Below, piece by piece: positions 38,879 through 49,056 of a stretch of DNA of 64,000 nt. Numbering within the stretch: the first letter of the stretch is position 1; each line of letters begins with the position of its first letter. The translations under genes were made by a program, and so were the position numbers. The notes beneath the pieces are model-generated. The model worked only from the letters and a program-made list of their open reading frames with translations, did no database searches and was not told the DNA's origin. The stretch spans positions 400,699 to 464,698 of the forward strand of contig AP026679.1 of NCBI GenBank assembly GCA_025999155.1, in the 5' to 3' direction. Origin of the DNA: Candidatus Dojkabacteria bacterium. Lineage in GTDB: Bacteria > Patescibacteriota > Dojkabacteria > JAOAGR01.

Positions 38879-40732
38879 GTGGAAAATTTCGTATATGCTG
38901 AAGAACTAGAACTCAGTGTTGTAGAACATAGACTCATTACATTATTTGAATTAATGGAAAAACACGGAGTGAAGGTTTTTTATCCTGCACTAATCTTTAA
39001 TGAGACTTTCTGGCTACTTCCCATCCAAAAGCGCATAAACATAATCGAACACAATCAAAAAGAGTGGCTAGATGATTATCCGATACATGATGCATTGTTT
39101 TATTTCGATCCTTTTTACATCGATCTACTAAAGTCTATCCGACTAACATACTTTTCTTACACCCGGATCAGATTCGAACAACTTATTGAGATATTCAAAA
39201 TCAAAAATAAGTACACTATCAATTCTTTCGTAAGCTTCAGCGACTCCAATAATGCACAAAATATCCTAAATGAATTAACCCTAAGAAGCGAAGATTTCAA
39301 ATACTTACCATCACATTCGAAAACATTACTTGGAAAAATATTTGCAATAGATTTTTATGCCCATTACAGAAATAAGAAAAATTACAAATACCTTATTCTT
39401 ACATACAATTTTAGCTTTGATATATGGGAGAGTTTCTTTGAATCGCTTAACAAAATAGCTAGCTCAAAAGATGAAAATATCACAGAAAATGTTGAATTTC
39501 TAATAATTTTTCTATCAAAATTCGGCTATCAACAATTCCATAAAAATCTAGAAAATTACAAAGCCTTATCTAAAGCTATCGAAGCAGGTATTATCAATCA
39601 CGACTATCTGTCAATCGAAGATATTAGTCCAACAAAAAAATATGATTATATTATCTTCGATGAAATACTATCTATAGCGCCAACAGAAATACTCATCAAA
39701 TACGAACGCGAATATTATCATCGTTTTGGCCGTCTGGTATATACTGATAGACAAGACGAAAAAACAGCATTAGATAAAATAACAATAATTCAATCTCAAA
39801 TAACTTCGGAAATAGAACCACAACTAATAAATAATTTGTATTATGAACTTATTTGGCAAAGATATACAAATACTCAACTAACAGATTTCATAGAGAAATG
39901 TATAACGGTATTTGAAAGAGACATGTTTTCCCTCTCTATAATCGGACTACATCTCATAACGGTGATGATCAAACATCTCAAGCATGATGGAAAATTACAA
40001 ATCCTAGATTATTACAATGACAAACCAAAAAACTTACTCTACAACGACAAATACGGATTACTAAGATTTATTGTGAATAGTAACCATTACATAAGTATTC
40101 TATCATCATTTAGTGATATTCAAGCTAACTACCAATTAAAATCGATTGATGATCTATTAAAGGAAGAAGTACTCGAAAATAAAGAAAAAGTATTTTATTT
40201 AGGTGATTTGCTTCATTTCCTACTAGAAGATCATAAACTCTTCAAAGAATTTTTTGATGAAAAAAAATTCACTTTTTACGATAAAATCACTGCTATATCG
40301 AAAAAGTACAAACCTTATTACTTTTTACGTTCAAAGAAGATTTTAACATTTGGATTAGGTACTTTGCTTTACCATATAGGCTACAAAAAGTTTTATAGAG
40401 AATTCAAAACAACAGCTAAATTAGACTTATTGTCTAATGTACCAGAAGCAAAAATATATGAGTCTTATAGCAAAGAAATCATTGTAGATATGGTACCCGT
40501 ATGCATAACAAAATTTAAAGATAATGAAGATTTAATCATATCATTCGATAAGGATTCAAAAATCAACGAGCACATCAAAAAAATTCTACAAGAATCTTAC
40601 ATGAAGATAGACGAATTTTTCGATTTTCTAAATAAATATCAAGACAAAATACTAGAAACTATCAAACAAACTCAATCGCAGCCATATCGCAATTATAAAA
40701 TTCTCATCACTACCAATGTACAAACTCAGTAA
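38879..40732 (+). CDS. Hypothetical protein, possibly a degenerate SAM-dependent methyltransferase (MidA-like)
   Basis: 617-aa ORF; IIFDEILSIAP and GKLQILDY weakly recall the NELLDALP and TIDYG motifs. Confidence 0.45.
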   Translation: MENFVYAEELELSVVEHRLITLFELMEKHGVKVFYPALIFNETFWLLPIQKRINIIEHNQKEWLDDYPIHDALFYFDPFYIDLLKSIRLTYFSYTRIRFEQLIEIFKIKNKYTINSFVSFSDSNNAQNILNELTLRSEDFKYLPSHSKTLLGKIFAIDFYAHYRNKKNYKYLILTYNFSFDIWESFFESLNKIASSKDENITENVEFLIIFLSKFGYQQFHKNLENYKALSKAIEAGIINHDYLSIEDISPTKKYDYIIFDEILSIAPTEILIKYEREYYHRFGRLVYTDRQDEKTALDKITIIQSQITSEIEPQLINNLYYELIWQRYTNTQLTDFIEKCITVFERDMFSLSIIGLHLITVMIKHLKHDGKLQILDYYNDKPKNLLYNDKYGLLRFIVNSNHYISILSSFSDIQANYQLKSIDDLLKEEVLENKEKVFYLGDLLHFLLEDHKLFKEFFDEKKFTFYDKITAISKKYKPYYFLRSKKILTFGLGTLLYHIGYKKFYREFKTTAKLDLLSNVPEAKIYESYSKEIIVDMVPVCITKFKDNEDLIISFDKDSKINEHIKKILQESYMKIDEFFDFLNKYQDKILETIKQTQSQPYRNYKILITTNVQTQ

Positions 40733-42522
40733 TAACTGATACCAGAAAATGGTCTGAGTGAAACCATAGAGATGAATAAGAAAACACAAACGCCGATTAA
40801 CACAGATGTGTACACAAAGACTAGATACCTCGAAATATTAGTTGTAATTTCTAACTGTTTTTTAACTGTAGCTGTGTCAACTAAATTAAACGAAGATGTA
40901 TATTGAGCAGAGACATTTATATCAGCATTTCGTTTCGTGATAGAAATATCACTCTCAAGCTTGATCGGATATCTTATTTTAGACTCTGGTGGTATCAGAA
41001 ATGATGAAATTTCGTCAAAATCAGACCGTAAAGAATCTATGTTAGTTGATATATCTATTTTTGATACTTGAATAATTTGAGATGTATGATTGTGGAATTC
41101 TAATGTCAAATTTTGGTTAAGACTTGAATACGAATCTATTTTTAATTCTAATTTTTTATCGATATCTAACGGTTTATAGACTTGAGTCAATGGTTTAACG
41201 ATAAAGTACGCTTCTTGTTTGAAAAAATCACTTATCTCGCTTTCATCATAATAATGACCAAATTTGATGTGATGATAATTATTATTATCAAAATATATTG
41301 TTCCACCTGAGGATAAATACCAGGCAGGATCAACAACTACCCATTTAGACCCGTCCCAAAATTCCGTCCACACGTGTTGATATGTAATAAAAGTATCTCT
41401 TTTTAAAGGCTGTATAGGAAAGACATAGCCAAAAACCCCCCTAGATTCGATGTCGAATTTCTCCAAAATATTACGATATATATAGTTTAGCTCCACAACA
41501 TTCACATCAAATTTATTTTCGGTGATACTATTAGTTGTAAATGAATTTACTTTGTAATCATTGATTTTAAATCTTTTTAAGACCTGTATATAGATATCTT
41601 TGGCTATATCATATGCTTTCTTATTTTCCTTGTTAATTGTTTTTGCAATCTCATCTAAATAAGTATAATGTCTGTATTTATAAGTATTTTGCTGATGATA
41701 GACATCTTCATCAGAATCGGTAGTTTTAATATAACCTTTTAAGGCAGTATCTTGTTTATTATTTATATAAATGAAATTATTTTCGAATTTGAGAGACTCA
41801 ATGTCTGATCGAAAATTTTCATAATAAACACTCTGATACTTAGTATGATAAGGCAAAAAGATTTTATCAATTTGACTGCCATCTTTTAGTTCAAACTCAT
41901 AATCTGCGTCTCGTCCAATAAGAAATACAATACTAGACTCTAAATTATTTTTTGAATAAAAGTGATAGACATCATATTCTCCATCAGACTCTACATCAGC
42001 ATTACCATATACATAGGCTACATCACCAATACTCTTAGGATATCTGACGGATATATCAAAAGTTATAGAAGGATCATTTTCAGAGAATGTCGGTATAAGA
42101 ATAGCCTTTTGTATGCCGTGATTGATCAATATATCTTTGATTCGAAATGATATTTGCCATTGAAACGTTTTGTTTTGACCAATGACAGGCTCTACAAATT
42201 CAACTACTAATTTATAAATACCAGTATTCGATGACTTATTTAATTGAACTACTTCGATACGTGTAGGAGATTTTGATACGTCAAGCCCCTCAGGTTCGAA
42301 AGGTAAAAGAAACTCGAATTTCTTTAAATAATTATTAGCTACCTGATTACTTGTTACAAATTCATATTTTACATTCGTTGATCCGTTCTCATTGATTTCA
42401 TAAATTGCTTTAATATCATGCTTGAAGTCTACAGCGAAAACCTTGTTATCCTGCAACAAAAAATATACAAAAAGAAATAAAAATAATCCTACAAGCTTGT
42501 ACAAAGAAGAGAAATCTCTCAT
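40726..42522 (-). CDS. Exported, membrane-anchored transglutaminase-like domain protein
   Basis: Signal peptide, HVWTEFWDGSKWVVVDPAW motif, C-terminal TM. Confidence 0.8.
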   Translation of the reverse strand: MRDFSSLYKLVGLFLFLFVYFLLQDNKVFAVDFKHDIKAIYEINENGSTNVKYEFVTSNQVANNYLKKFEFLLPFEPEGLDVSKSPTRIEVVQLNKSSNTGIYKLVVEFVEPVIGQNKTFQWQISFRIKDILINHGIQKAILIPTFSENDPSITFDISVRYPKSIGDVAYVYGNADVESDGEYDVYHFYSKNNLESSIVFLIGRDADYEFELKDGSQIDKIFLPYHTKYQSVYYENFRSDIESLKFENNFIYINNKQDTALKGYIKTTDSDEDVYHQQNTYKYRHYTYLDEIAKTINKENKKAYDIAKDIYIQVLKRFKINDYKVNSFTTNSITENKFDVNVVELNYIYRNILEKFDIESRGVFGYVFPIQPLKRDTFITYQHVWTEFWDGSKWVVVDPAWYLSSGGTIYFDNNNYHHIKFGHYYDESEISDFFKQEAYFIVKPLTQVYKPLDIDKKLELKIDSYSSLNQNLTLEFHNHTSQIIQVSKIDISTNIDSLRSDFDEISSFLIPPESKIRYPIKLESDISITKRNADINVSAQYTSSFNLVDTATVKKQLEITTNISRYLVFVYTSVLIGVCVFLFISMVSLRPFSGISYY

Positions 42523-43412
42523 ATATACGCTATGAAAATACTTAAAATAACAACAATCGCAATATATTCTAACAAAATCTTGTATGAAAAAGTTCCCTCT
42601 AATTTATGATAAAAAACAGCTGATGCCAGGTAAAAATAAACTACATTTAAAACAGCATTATTATTAACTCCGAAAAAAGGAATCACCATCCCAAAAAAAC
42701 TAACAAATATTGCAAATAACATTGCTATAAACATATTTAGACTGGTAACAAGCCCTTTTTTATATAAATAAAATAACAAGTAAATAAAACTAATTAATGC
42801 ACAAACAAAAAATAGTACTTCTGTCGTAATAAGATTATTCGATTTATAGGATAGAAGAGTCAAATTAACAGTAAAATACGAAAACAATTTAAAAATATGC
42901 ATGACAGTCTCACTTCTGATATAAAATTTTTTATACTTTTTCTGCCTATCATAAACATAAGTAAATTCCAATGGTAAATAGTAAAAATAGAGTAAATGCA
43001 AAATAGATGTAGATATTATCATCACAACAGAAACAAATGGATCTCGATTTATAATCCAATAAAATATCAAAGAAAATAAAGTGAACATAGGATAGCATAA
43101 ATGATTAATTAATAAATCAGAGAGGATATGCTTATAAAAAGATGCAACGTGATTACTTATATATTTGTAAGTAAAATATCCTTCAAATATAAAAACAATT
43201 ACAAAAAAACCTGAAATAACCTGATAATATAACTCATAGAGAGTATAATCTATATTCGCTAATACACTTAATATGATGACAATTACGAGAGTATAAACAA
43301 TAGACCTGAGCAACAACGCTGTAGGTGAGATTTTATCAACGAACTGTTTAGCCCAAGCGGTTTTCAAGTTATTAAAATCGACTAAATGCATAAAAAAAGA
43401 GGGCGACTTCAT
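42519..43412 (-). CDS. Hypothetical multi-pass membrane protein
   Basis: About nine TM helices; overlaps the start of the downstream gene. Confidence 0.7.
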   Translation of the reverse strand: MKSPSFFMHLVDFNNLKTAWAKQFVDKISPTALLLRSIVYTLVIVIILSVLANIDYTLYELYYQVISGFFVIVFIFEGYFTYKYISNHVASFYKHILSDLLINHLCYPMFTLFSLIFYWIINRDPFVSVVMIISTSILHLLYFYYLPLEFTYVYDRQKKYKKFYIRSETVMHIFKLFSYFTVNLTLLSYKSNNLITTEVLFFVCALISFIYLLFYLYKKGLVTSLNMFIAMLFAIFVSFFGMVIPFFGVNNNAVLNVVYFYLASAVFYHKLEGTFSYKILLEYIAIVVILSIFIAYI

Positions 43413-43429
43413 ATTTCTTAATCAATTTA

Positions 43430-43850
43430 ACATATCTGTAGATTTTATCTATTTTCTATATAAGTATAAAAGTTATCAGTATATTTAGTAGACACTGTGG
43501 AAATTTGTAAAACTGTATTTTAACTCTAATTCTTCAATAATTTGAATGTGTAAAAATCGTAGGATTTATTTTACTCTTTCGTCTGACTTATTACTAGTTT
43601 TACAAGATTTGATAATAAAATTTCCTTTGTATAATAATACGATACTGGGTCTTTTAATAGTAAAACTTTAATTACCTTTCTACATTTTGTTTTACTTGTA
43701 TACATGGTATTTATACGTTCTTATGCTGAATAGAATAAGAAGAACTCATCGTTAATTAATGTCATCTTTTTTACGTACTTTATACACACTCTATCCAAAC
43801 AAAAATTATTGTCTAATAGACTTCTCCACATAAGTGTGTAGTACAAAAAT
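43430..43850. other. Putative chromosomal replication origin (oriC)
   Basis: DnaA boxes TTATACACA (43780-43788), TTTTACACA (minus, 43547-43555), TTCTCCACA (43822-43830); tandem boxes plus CTACTA at 43486-43512 (minus); AT-rich; GC skew flips here; next to dnaN. Confidence 0.75.
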
Positions 43851-43920
43851 AAATAATTTTTTTTATAGGAAAAAATGGAAATTTATAAATGATAAGATTT
43901 GTGTTACCATAACATTAATT

Positions 43921-45066
43921 ATGCAACTCAATGTCACTAAAACTAACTTACAAAAAACATTATCTGCCGTAAGTAGGGCTGTAAGTTCTAAACCTACCAT
44001 TGATGTACTACGAAATATAGCTTTGGAAGCAAAAAAAGGGTCTTTGAGGGTAACTGCGACTGATTTAGAATTATCTATCAGTACCTATGTGGGTGTTGAC
44101 CTGATTGTACCAGGAGCTACAACTGTTCTAGCTAAGACATTTATTGAATTTGTATCGCTTCTACCAGAAGGAAATATTTCTCTGACTCTAGAAAATAACG
44201 AATTAAAAGTAGAAACTGACAAAATCAAATCTAAATTTGCTACTATTCCGTATGAGGAGTTCCCAGAATTGCCTCAAGTAAACGAAACCTGTGAATTAAT
44301 TTTCAAGGTTGAAAAGAATGTGTTCATTCAAGCTATCGATAAAACAACTTTTGCTGCTGATAGAAGTGGTATCAGTCAACCAGTATTTTCAGGTATATTA
44401 TTTGAGAAAAGTCACGGGAATATCAATTTAGTTTCGACAGATAGATATAGATTATCCAGATACTCATTACATTTGGATCAGCCGTCAAAATTCGAGACTT
44501 TACCGGTTATTCCATATATTGCACTAGAACATGTTGCAAGGTTGTGTGCTGACTCAGAAGATGATTATGTTGAAGCTTTTCTTATAAATAAAAACAATCA
44601 AGTACTATTCAAAAGTGGTCGTATTGAGATTACCACTAGTCTTATTGATGGTGAGTTTCCTAACTATCAGGCATTTATGCCCCAAAATACAGTATGCACT
44701 TATAAAATCCTTGTGAGAGACTTTGTAGACGCTGTGAAATTATCAAATGTTTTTGCGAAAACGGAAGATTCTATAAAAGTTGTAATAAAGAAAAATTTGA
44801 GTACAGATCACATCTTATTAAGTTCAAAAGTATCTGAAGTTGGCGAATATCAAAGTGAGTTAAAAGTTGAAATTATCAAGGAGGAAGAAAATATAGAGGT
44901 TAACTTCAGCCCGAAGAAAATTCTTGATGTTTTAGCTAGAGTGTCTACTGAGTATGTATATCTCGATATAGTAGTGCATCCTAGAACTGAACACAGAATG
45001 GCTATTTTCCGTGAAGAAGGTAATGATAACTTCTTACATCTACTTACGCCATTAGTAGGAGCATAA
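43921..45066 (+). CDS. dnaN: DNA polymerase III beta clamp
   Basis: ATDLELSI, EEFPELP, STDRYRLS, LIDGEFPNY, HLLTP; ATG at 43921 fits family length. Confidence 0.95.
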   Translation: MQLNVTKTNLQKTLSAVSRAVSSKPTIDVLRNIALEAKKGSLRVTATDLELSISTYVGVDLIVPGATTVLAKTFIEFVSLLPEGNISLTLENNELKVETDKIKSKFATIPYEEFPELPQVNETCELIFKVEKNVFIQAIDKTTFAADRSGISQPVFSGILFEKSHGNINLVSTDRYRLSRYSLHLDQPSKFETLPVIPYIALEHVARLCADSEDDYVEAFLINKNNQVLFKSGRIEITTSLIDGEFPNYQAFMPQNTVCTYKILVRDFVDAVKLSNVFAKTEDSIKVVIKKNLSTDHILLSSKVSEVGEYQSELKVEIIKEEENIEVNFSPKKILDVLARVSTEYVYLDIVVHPRTEHRMAIFREEGNDNFLHLLTPLVGA

Positions 45067-45105
45067 TTGTAATCAGGATTAATTTAATCTTAAATAAACA
45101 GGTAT

Positions 45106-46605
45106 TTATTTTAAATTCCAGTACTTTTCTAGTGCTTTGAGTGCTACCTTCTCGTCGCTCCATTCTATGTCTTTTCCTCCAATATCTATCGTTTTTTCAT
45201 GACCTTTACCTAGTATTAATACAGTGTCATCTGCGTCTGCATTTTTAATAGCAAAATGTATAGCATTTATACGACAGTTTTCATTTGGTTCGTCAAAACG
45301 AACTATAAACTTTTGTTGAGTATTATCGTACTCTAAACCATCATAATAACTGTGTATTACAAAATCCACATCCTGATTTTTAAAGCCTTGAATAATTTGG
45401 TTATTAATTTCAAAAAGACTTTCTCTTCGAGAGTCGTCTGCTGTAATAAGGATATTATCCGCATAATTAAAAGCTATTTTACCCATAACAGGCCTTTTGG
45501 ACTTATCTCTTTCACCTGTACACCCGAATATAACCCATAATCTCCCTTTAGTTTTAACTGATTTTAAGACATTTTCCATTCCATTGGATGTATGGGCGAA
45601 GTCTATTATCACTTGCGGTTTTTGGTGAATTACTTGCATACGACCAGGGATATTTTTCAGATTTTTTATGCCTCTTGCACACGCTTCAGGATTAGAATCA
45701 TTAAATCCATAAAATATACTAAAAGCAGCAAGTGCATTAAATAAGTTATATTGACCTAAAAGCCTCACGGAAGTCTGATATTGCTTACAATCTTTACAAA
45801 CATTATTTACTGATTTTGCTGTAATTTGTTGAATATTACCTTTTTCTTGTACTTCAATAATGAAATTTTCGAGTTTTATTTTTTCGATATCTTCGATTCC
45901 GTACTCTAGAAGACGATAATTATTATATTTATATTTCCTGTCTAATATTTCCTTTAAAAAGGTATATGATTTATTATCGTTTTTATTTAAAGCTATGGCA
46001 CCACCTTCCTTCAGTAAGCCTATTAACTTTGATTTAGCTAATGCATAATTTTCCCAATTCCCATGATAGTCTAGATGTTCATTGGTGATGTTTGTGAATC
46101 CTATAGCATCAAATTGTATGTTATGTACTCTATACTGGTCTAGAGCATGGGAAGTACATTCCAAGATAAATAGATTTGCTCCTTTTTCTTCATATTCGAT
46201 TATTAGTTTACGAATTTCTGATGCTAAAGGAGTGGTACGATGAGTTTCCTTGTAAGTTTTTTCATATCCTTCTTTATCATGTAATAAAAGTGCTTTTATT
46301 GCTTTTAGATAATTTTTTTGTTTGAGATTGGATAAAAATGTTTTTATAGAATAAGCTAAGAATGAGCCTGACTTCATTTCAAAGTCAATATATTCATCCT
46401 GAAATTTAGCTCCAACTGTAGTTATCAGTAAAGGAGTGTAGCCATGTTCTTTGGCTATTTCATATAGGTAATGGCATGTTGTTGTTTTTCCATCAGTACC
46501 GGTGATGCCTAAGTAAGGTAAAGATTGATTGAGAGGGTATCTTTTTGAGGCCAGCCAACTATCTAAGTACCAATATATTTTTTTTAATTTTCGTAACAGA
46601 TTCAT
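45106..46605 (-). CDS. murE: MurE-like Mur ligase
   Basis: GITGTDGKTTT, ECTSHALDQYR, NITNEHLDYHG, PGRM, DFAHT, GCTGERDKSKRPVMG, GKGHE. Confidence 0.88.
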   Translation of the reverse strand: MNLLRKLKKIYWYLDSWLASKRYPLNQSLPYLGITGTDGKTTTCHYLYEIAKEHGYTPLLITTVGAKFQDEYIDFEMKSGSFLAYSIKTFLSNLKQKNYLKAIKALLLHDKEGYEKTYKETHRTTPLASEIRKLIIEYEEKGANLFILECTSHALDQYRVHNIQFDAIGFTNITNEHLDYHGNWENYALAKSKLIGLLKEGGAIALNKNDNKSYTFLKEILDRKYKYNNYRLLEYGIEDIEKIKLENFIIEVQEKGNIQQITAKSVNNVCKDCKQYQTSVRLLGQYNLFNALAAFSIFYGFNDSNPEACARGIKNLKNIPGRMQVIHQKPQVIIDFAHTSNGMENVLKSVKTKGRLWVIFGCTGERDKSKRPVMGKIAFNYADNILITADDSRRESLFEINNQIIQGFKNQDVDFVIHSYYDGLEYDNTQQKFIVRFDEPNENCRINAIHFAIKNADADDTVLILGKGHEKTIDIGGKDIEWSDEKVALKALEKYWNLK

Positions 46606-46610
46606 TTTTT

Positions 46611-47552
46611 TTATTTTAAACCTAATATTCTTTTTGCTTCTTCTTCCTGTTGTTTTTGGATCTCATCTAGTAATTTCAAGTTTCTTATGGTTTCGGCTTG
46701 TCTTATATCTTCTATTGTTATATCTGCTGGAATTACACCTTGTTTTTTAAGTTGATCTATAATTTCTGAATATTTTATATCATAATATCTATCTATTTTC
46801 TCTTGTAAAGCCTTAAAATCGTGTAAGGGAATATATATACCTTCCGCCCATCTCATAAACCAATTTTGTTTTTTAGGTGGGGGTTTATAAGGTAGGTGAG
46901 CCTCCATGATCATTTGGATATTTTTTCTGTCTTCTTGAGAGAATAAAATTTGAATTCTTTGGGGTGAAGCCAATATGGTCTCGACATACATCACTTCCTG
47001 ATTTTCTTTGTAGTAATATGCATACTCTAATAATTGTCCCCACGCGTATATCTCTATACTTTCTCCTTCACCTATTTCAATTCCTTGTTTAGTTAACCGA
47101 TAAACAGTATCTTTTGCAGGAACGGAAGCACTCACATATATGGCAAAGAAAAAAGCTAGTACTACAGCGATAAGCATGAATTGTTTTGCAAGTACTCCAA
47201 TAAAAATAATAAACATGATTATGAGCCCTACTGTCCAATACCATTGTTTATCACGTTTTATGCTAAGTCTTGATGGTGCTACCCACTGATAGTAAATATC
47301 CTCTGGCGGGGAAGGGTATAATTCAGGGAATATTAATGCTTTTTTTTCTTGAAAGGTTAGGTTACGATTCTTGATTTGTTTAATAATTGGATTAATGTCC
47401 TTTGGTTTAGGACTACCGGCCATTAAACTATTTGCTTTTTGAAGGCTTGTTCTGTATTGATCTGGATTAATCAATTGTGATTCTATTAGATTCTTAGAGT
47501 AATTATTTACTTCTTCTTCTAATTTCTTTAATTGCTCTTGATAATTTGTCAT
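46611..47552 (-). CDS. Hypothetical membrane protein
   Basis: YQWVAP...KRDKQWYW followed by two TM helices and a soluble domain. Confidence 0.7.
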   Translation of the reverse strand: MTNYQEQLKKLEEEVNNYSKNLIESQLINPDQYRTSLQKANSLMAGSPKPKDINPIIKQIKNRNLTFQEKKALIFPELYPSPPEDIYYQWVAPSRLSIKRDKQWYWTVGLIIMFIIFIGVLAKQFMLIAVVLAFFFAIYVSASVPAKDTVYRLTKQGIEIGEGESIEIYAWGQLLEYAYYYKENQEVMYVETILASPQRIQILFSQEDRKNIQMIMEAHLPYKPPPKKQNWFMRWAEGIYIPLHDFKALQEKIDRYYDIKYSEIIDQLKKQGVIPADITIEDIRQAETIRNLKLLDEIQKQQEEEAKRILGLK

Positions 47553-47561
47553 GATTGATTG

Positions 47562-48968
47562 TTACAGATTAGTTGGGCGTGGTATACTACTATTTAACAT
47601 TTGTTCTAATTCTTCAGATTTGAATTTTAATTCAATTTTCCCACTTTTTTGAGCCAGATCTTTATAATACCCATCATATACGCCTCTAAGGTATTTATCT
47701 ATTATTTCATCAACAGTTTCCTGATTATGAGTTTTTATTCTTTGTGCTGTTGGATTGATATCGGCAAATACAGCGAAGTACGATCCTTTAGGTATTTTGT
47801 TTAATGCTGTAATTTGCGCTGGTATAAAAGTATCACTCCCTTTTGCTTCGAATAACTTTATACTATTTTCTGGTCTTGTTAAAAATTCTAAAAATTTGAC
47901 TGATTGTTCATAGTAAGGCAGATAAGATGGTATGACTAAGGACTGAGAAAGAGATAAGTTTCTGATAGTAGAAATTTGTGGAGGTATTGCTGTAGCAAAG
48001 TTTAGATTTGGATTAAGTCGTATTATTTCATCAATATCTTTACTATTTACTATGACAATTGAGGTTTTACCTTCTGCAAATGTTTTTATGTCATTACCTA
48101 AAGAATCATCCCAAATTTTTTGTGTAGTGAATTCTGTGTAAAATTTCAAAGCTTCTTCAAATTTACTATCAAGAGCATATTTCTTTGTTTTAGAGTCATA
48201 AAAACTAGCATTATTCTGCATAATTAATAGTTTTAATATGTCTTTCGCATTAGTAACATTTTTGGGTGATCCTATTGCTGCTCCCGATCGGATGATTTTC
48301 TCTATTTGTTTTTTGTCACTGTTTATAGTCTTTTCAGTCTTTGTTATTGATTTTGCTTTGATAGCTAATCCTGTCCAGTCTAGCTTATTAAAATCTTCCT
48401 CGGTAAAGTTTATTTCAGCTAGATGATCACGATTATATGCTATTACTAGACTATTAAATCGAAATGGGACACCATACACAAGAGTATTTAAAGTATTATT
48501 ATCAAGAATCGTTTTTGTGTACCGACTCAGAATAGTGTTAGAAGTAATAGGTAGCAATTGTGTGTATACTTCATCTATCCAGGATTCGTCAATTTCGACA
48601 ATGTCACCCATATTTGGGGATGACGAAGTGAGTCTTGTGATAATTCTATTTTTGTAGTCTGTATCAGATTGGACTTCAAGTTTAACCTTGATTAGAGGAT
48701 TCTCAGCTTCAAAATCTCTTATAATGTTTTCCATCACTTCCTGATTGATCGATCGAGTCCAGAATTTTATTGTCACTGGTGTTTCTACAACAGTTTGTTG
48801 CTTTGGTAAAAACACTAAAATTATGCCAATGATCAATGCTGTAATTATTAACCCTAATAATGTAAAAACTATAAACTTGTTTTGTATAATTAAATCTTTT
48901 AACAGCTGTCCCTTTCGACTTGTAGTAGAGGAATTATTTGGTATATTTTGATTTTGTGGTATCGGCAT
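47562..48968 (-). CDS. Membrane-anchored extracellular solute-binding protein (family 1, sugar type)
   Basis: TIKFW, FEAENPLIKVK, YGVP...IAYNRD, FAEGKT; no permease or ATPase genes adjacent. Confidence 0.82.
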   Translation of the reverse strand: MPIPQNQNIPNNSSTTSRKGQLLKDLIIQNKFIVFTLLGLIITALIIGIILVFLPKQQTVVETPVTIKFWTRSINQEVMENIIRDFEAENPLIKVKLEVQSDTDYKNRIITRLTSSSPNMGDIVEIDESWIDEVYTQLLPITSNTILSRYTKTILDNNTLNTLVYGVPFRFNSLVIAYNRDHLAEINFTEEDFNKLDWTGLAIKAKSITKTEKTINSDKKQIEKIIRSGAAIGSPKNVTNAKDILKLLIMQNNASFYDSKTKKYALDSKFEEALKFYTEFTTQKIWDDSLGNDIKTFAEGKTSIVIVNSKDIDEIIRLNPNLNFATAIPPQISTIRNLSLSQSLVIPSYLPYYEQSVKFLEFLTRPENSIKLFEAKGSDTFIPAQITALNKIPKGSYFAVFADINPTAQRIKTHNQETVDEIIDKYLRGVYDGYYKDLAQKSGKIELKFKSEELEQMLNSSIPRPTNL

Positions 48969-49056
48969 ATTAAATTTTAGAATTACATACTTAGTGTGTA
49001 AATAAAAACCTAGTCATTTTATCAGAATTCGTATATTCTTTTTTATAGTATATAGA

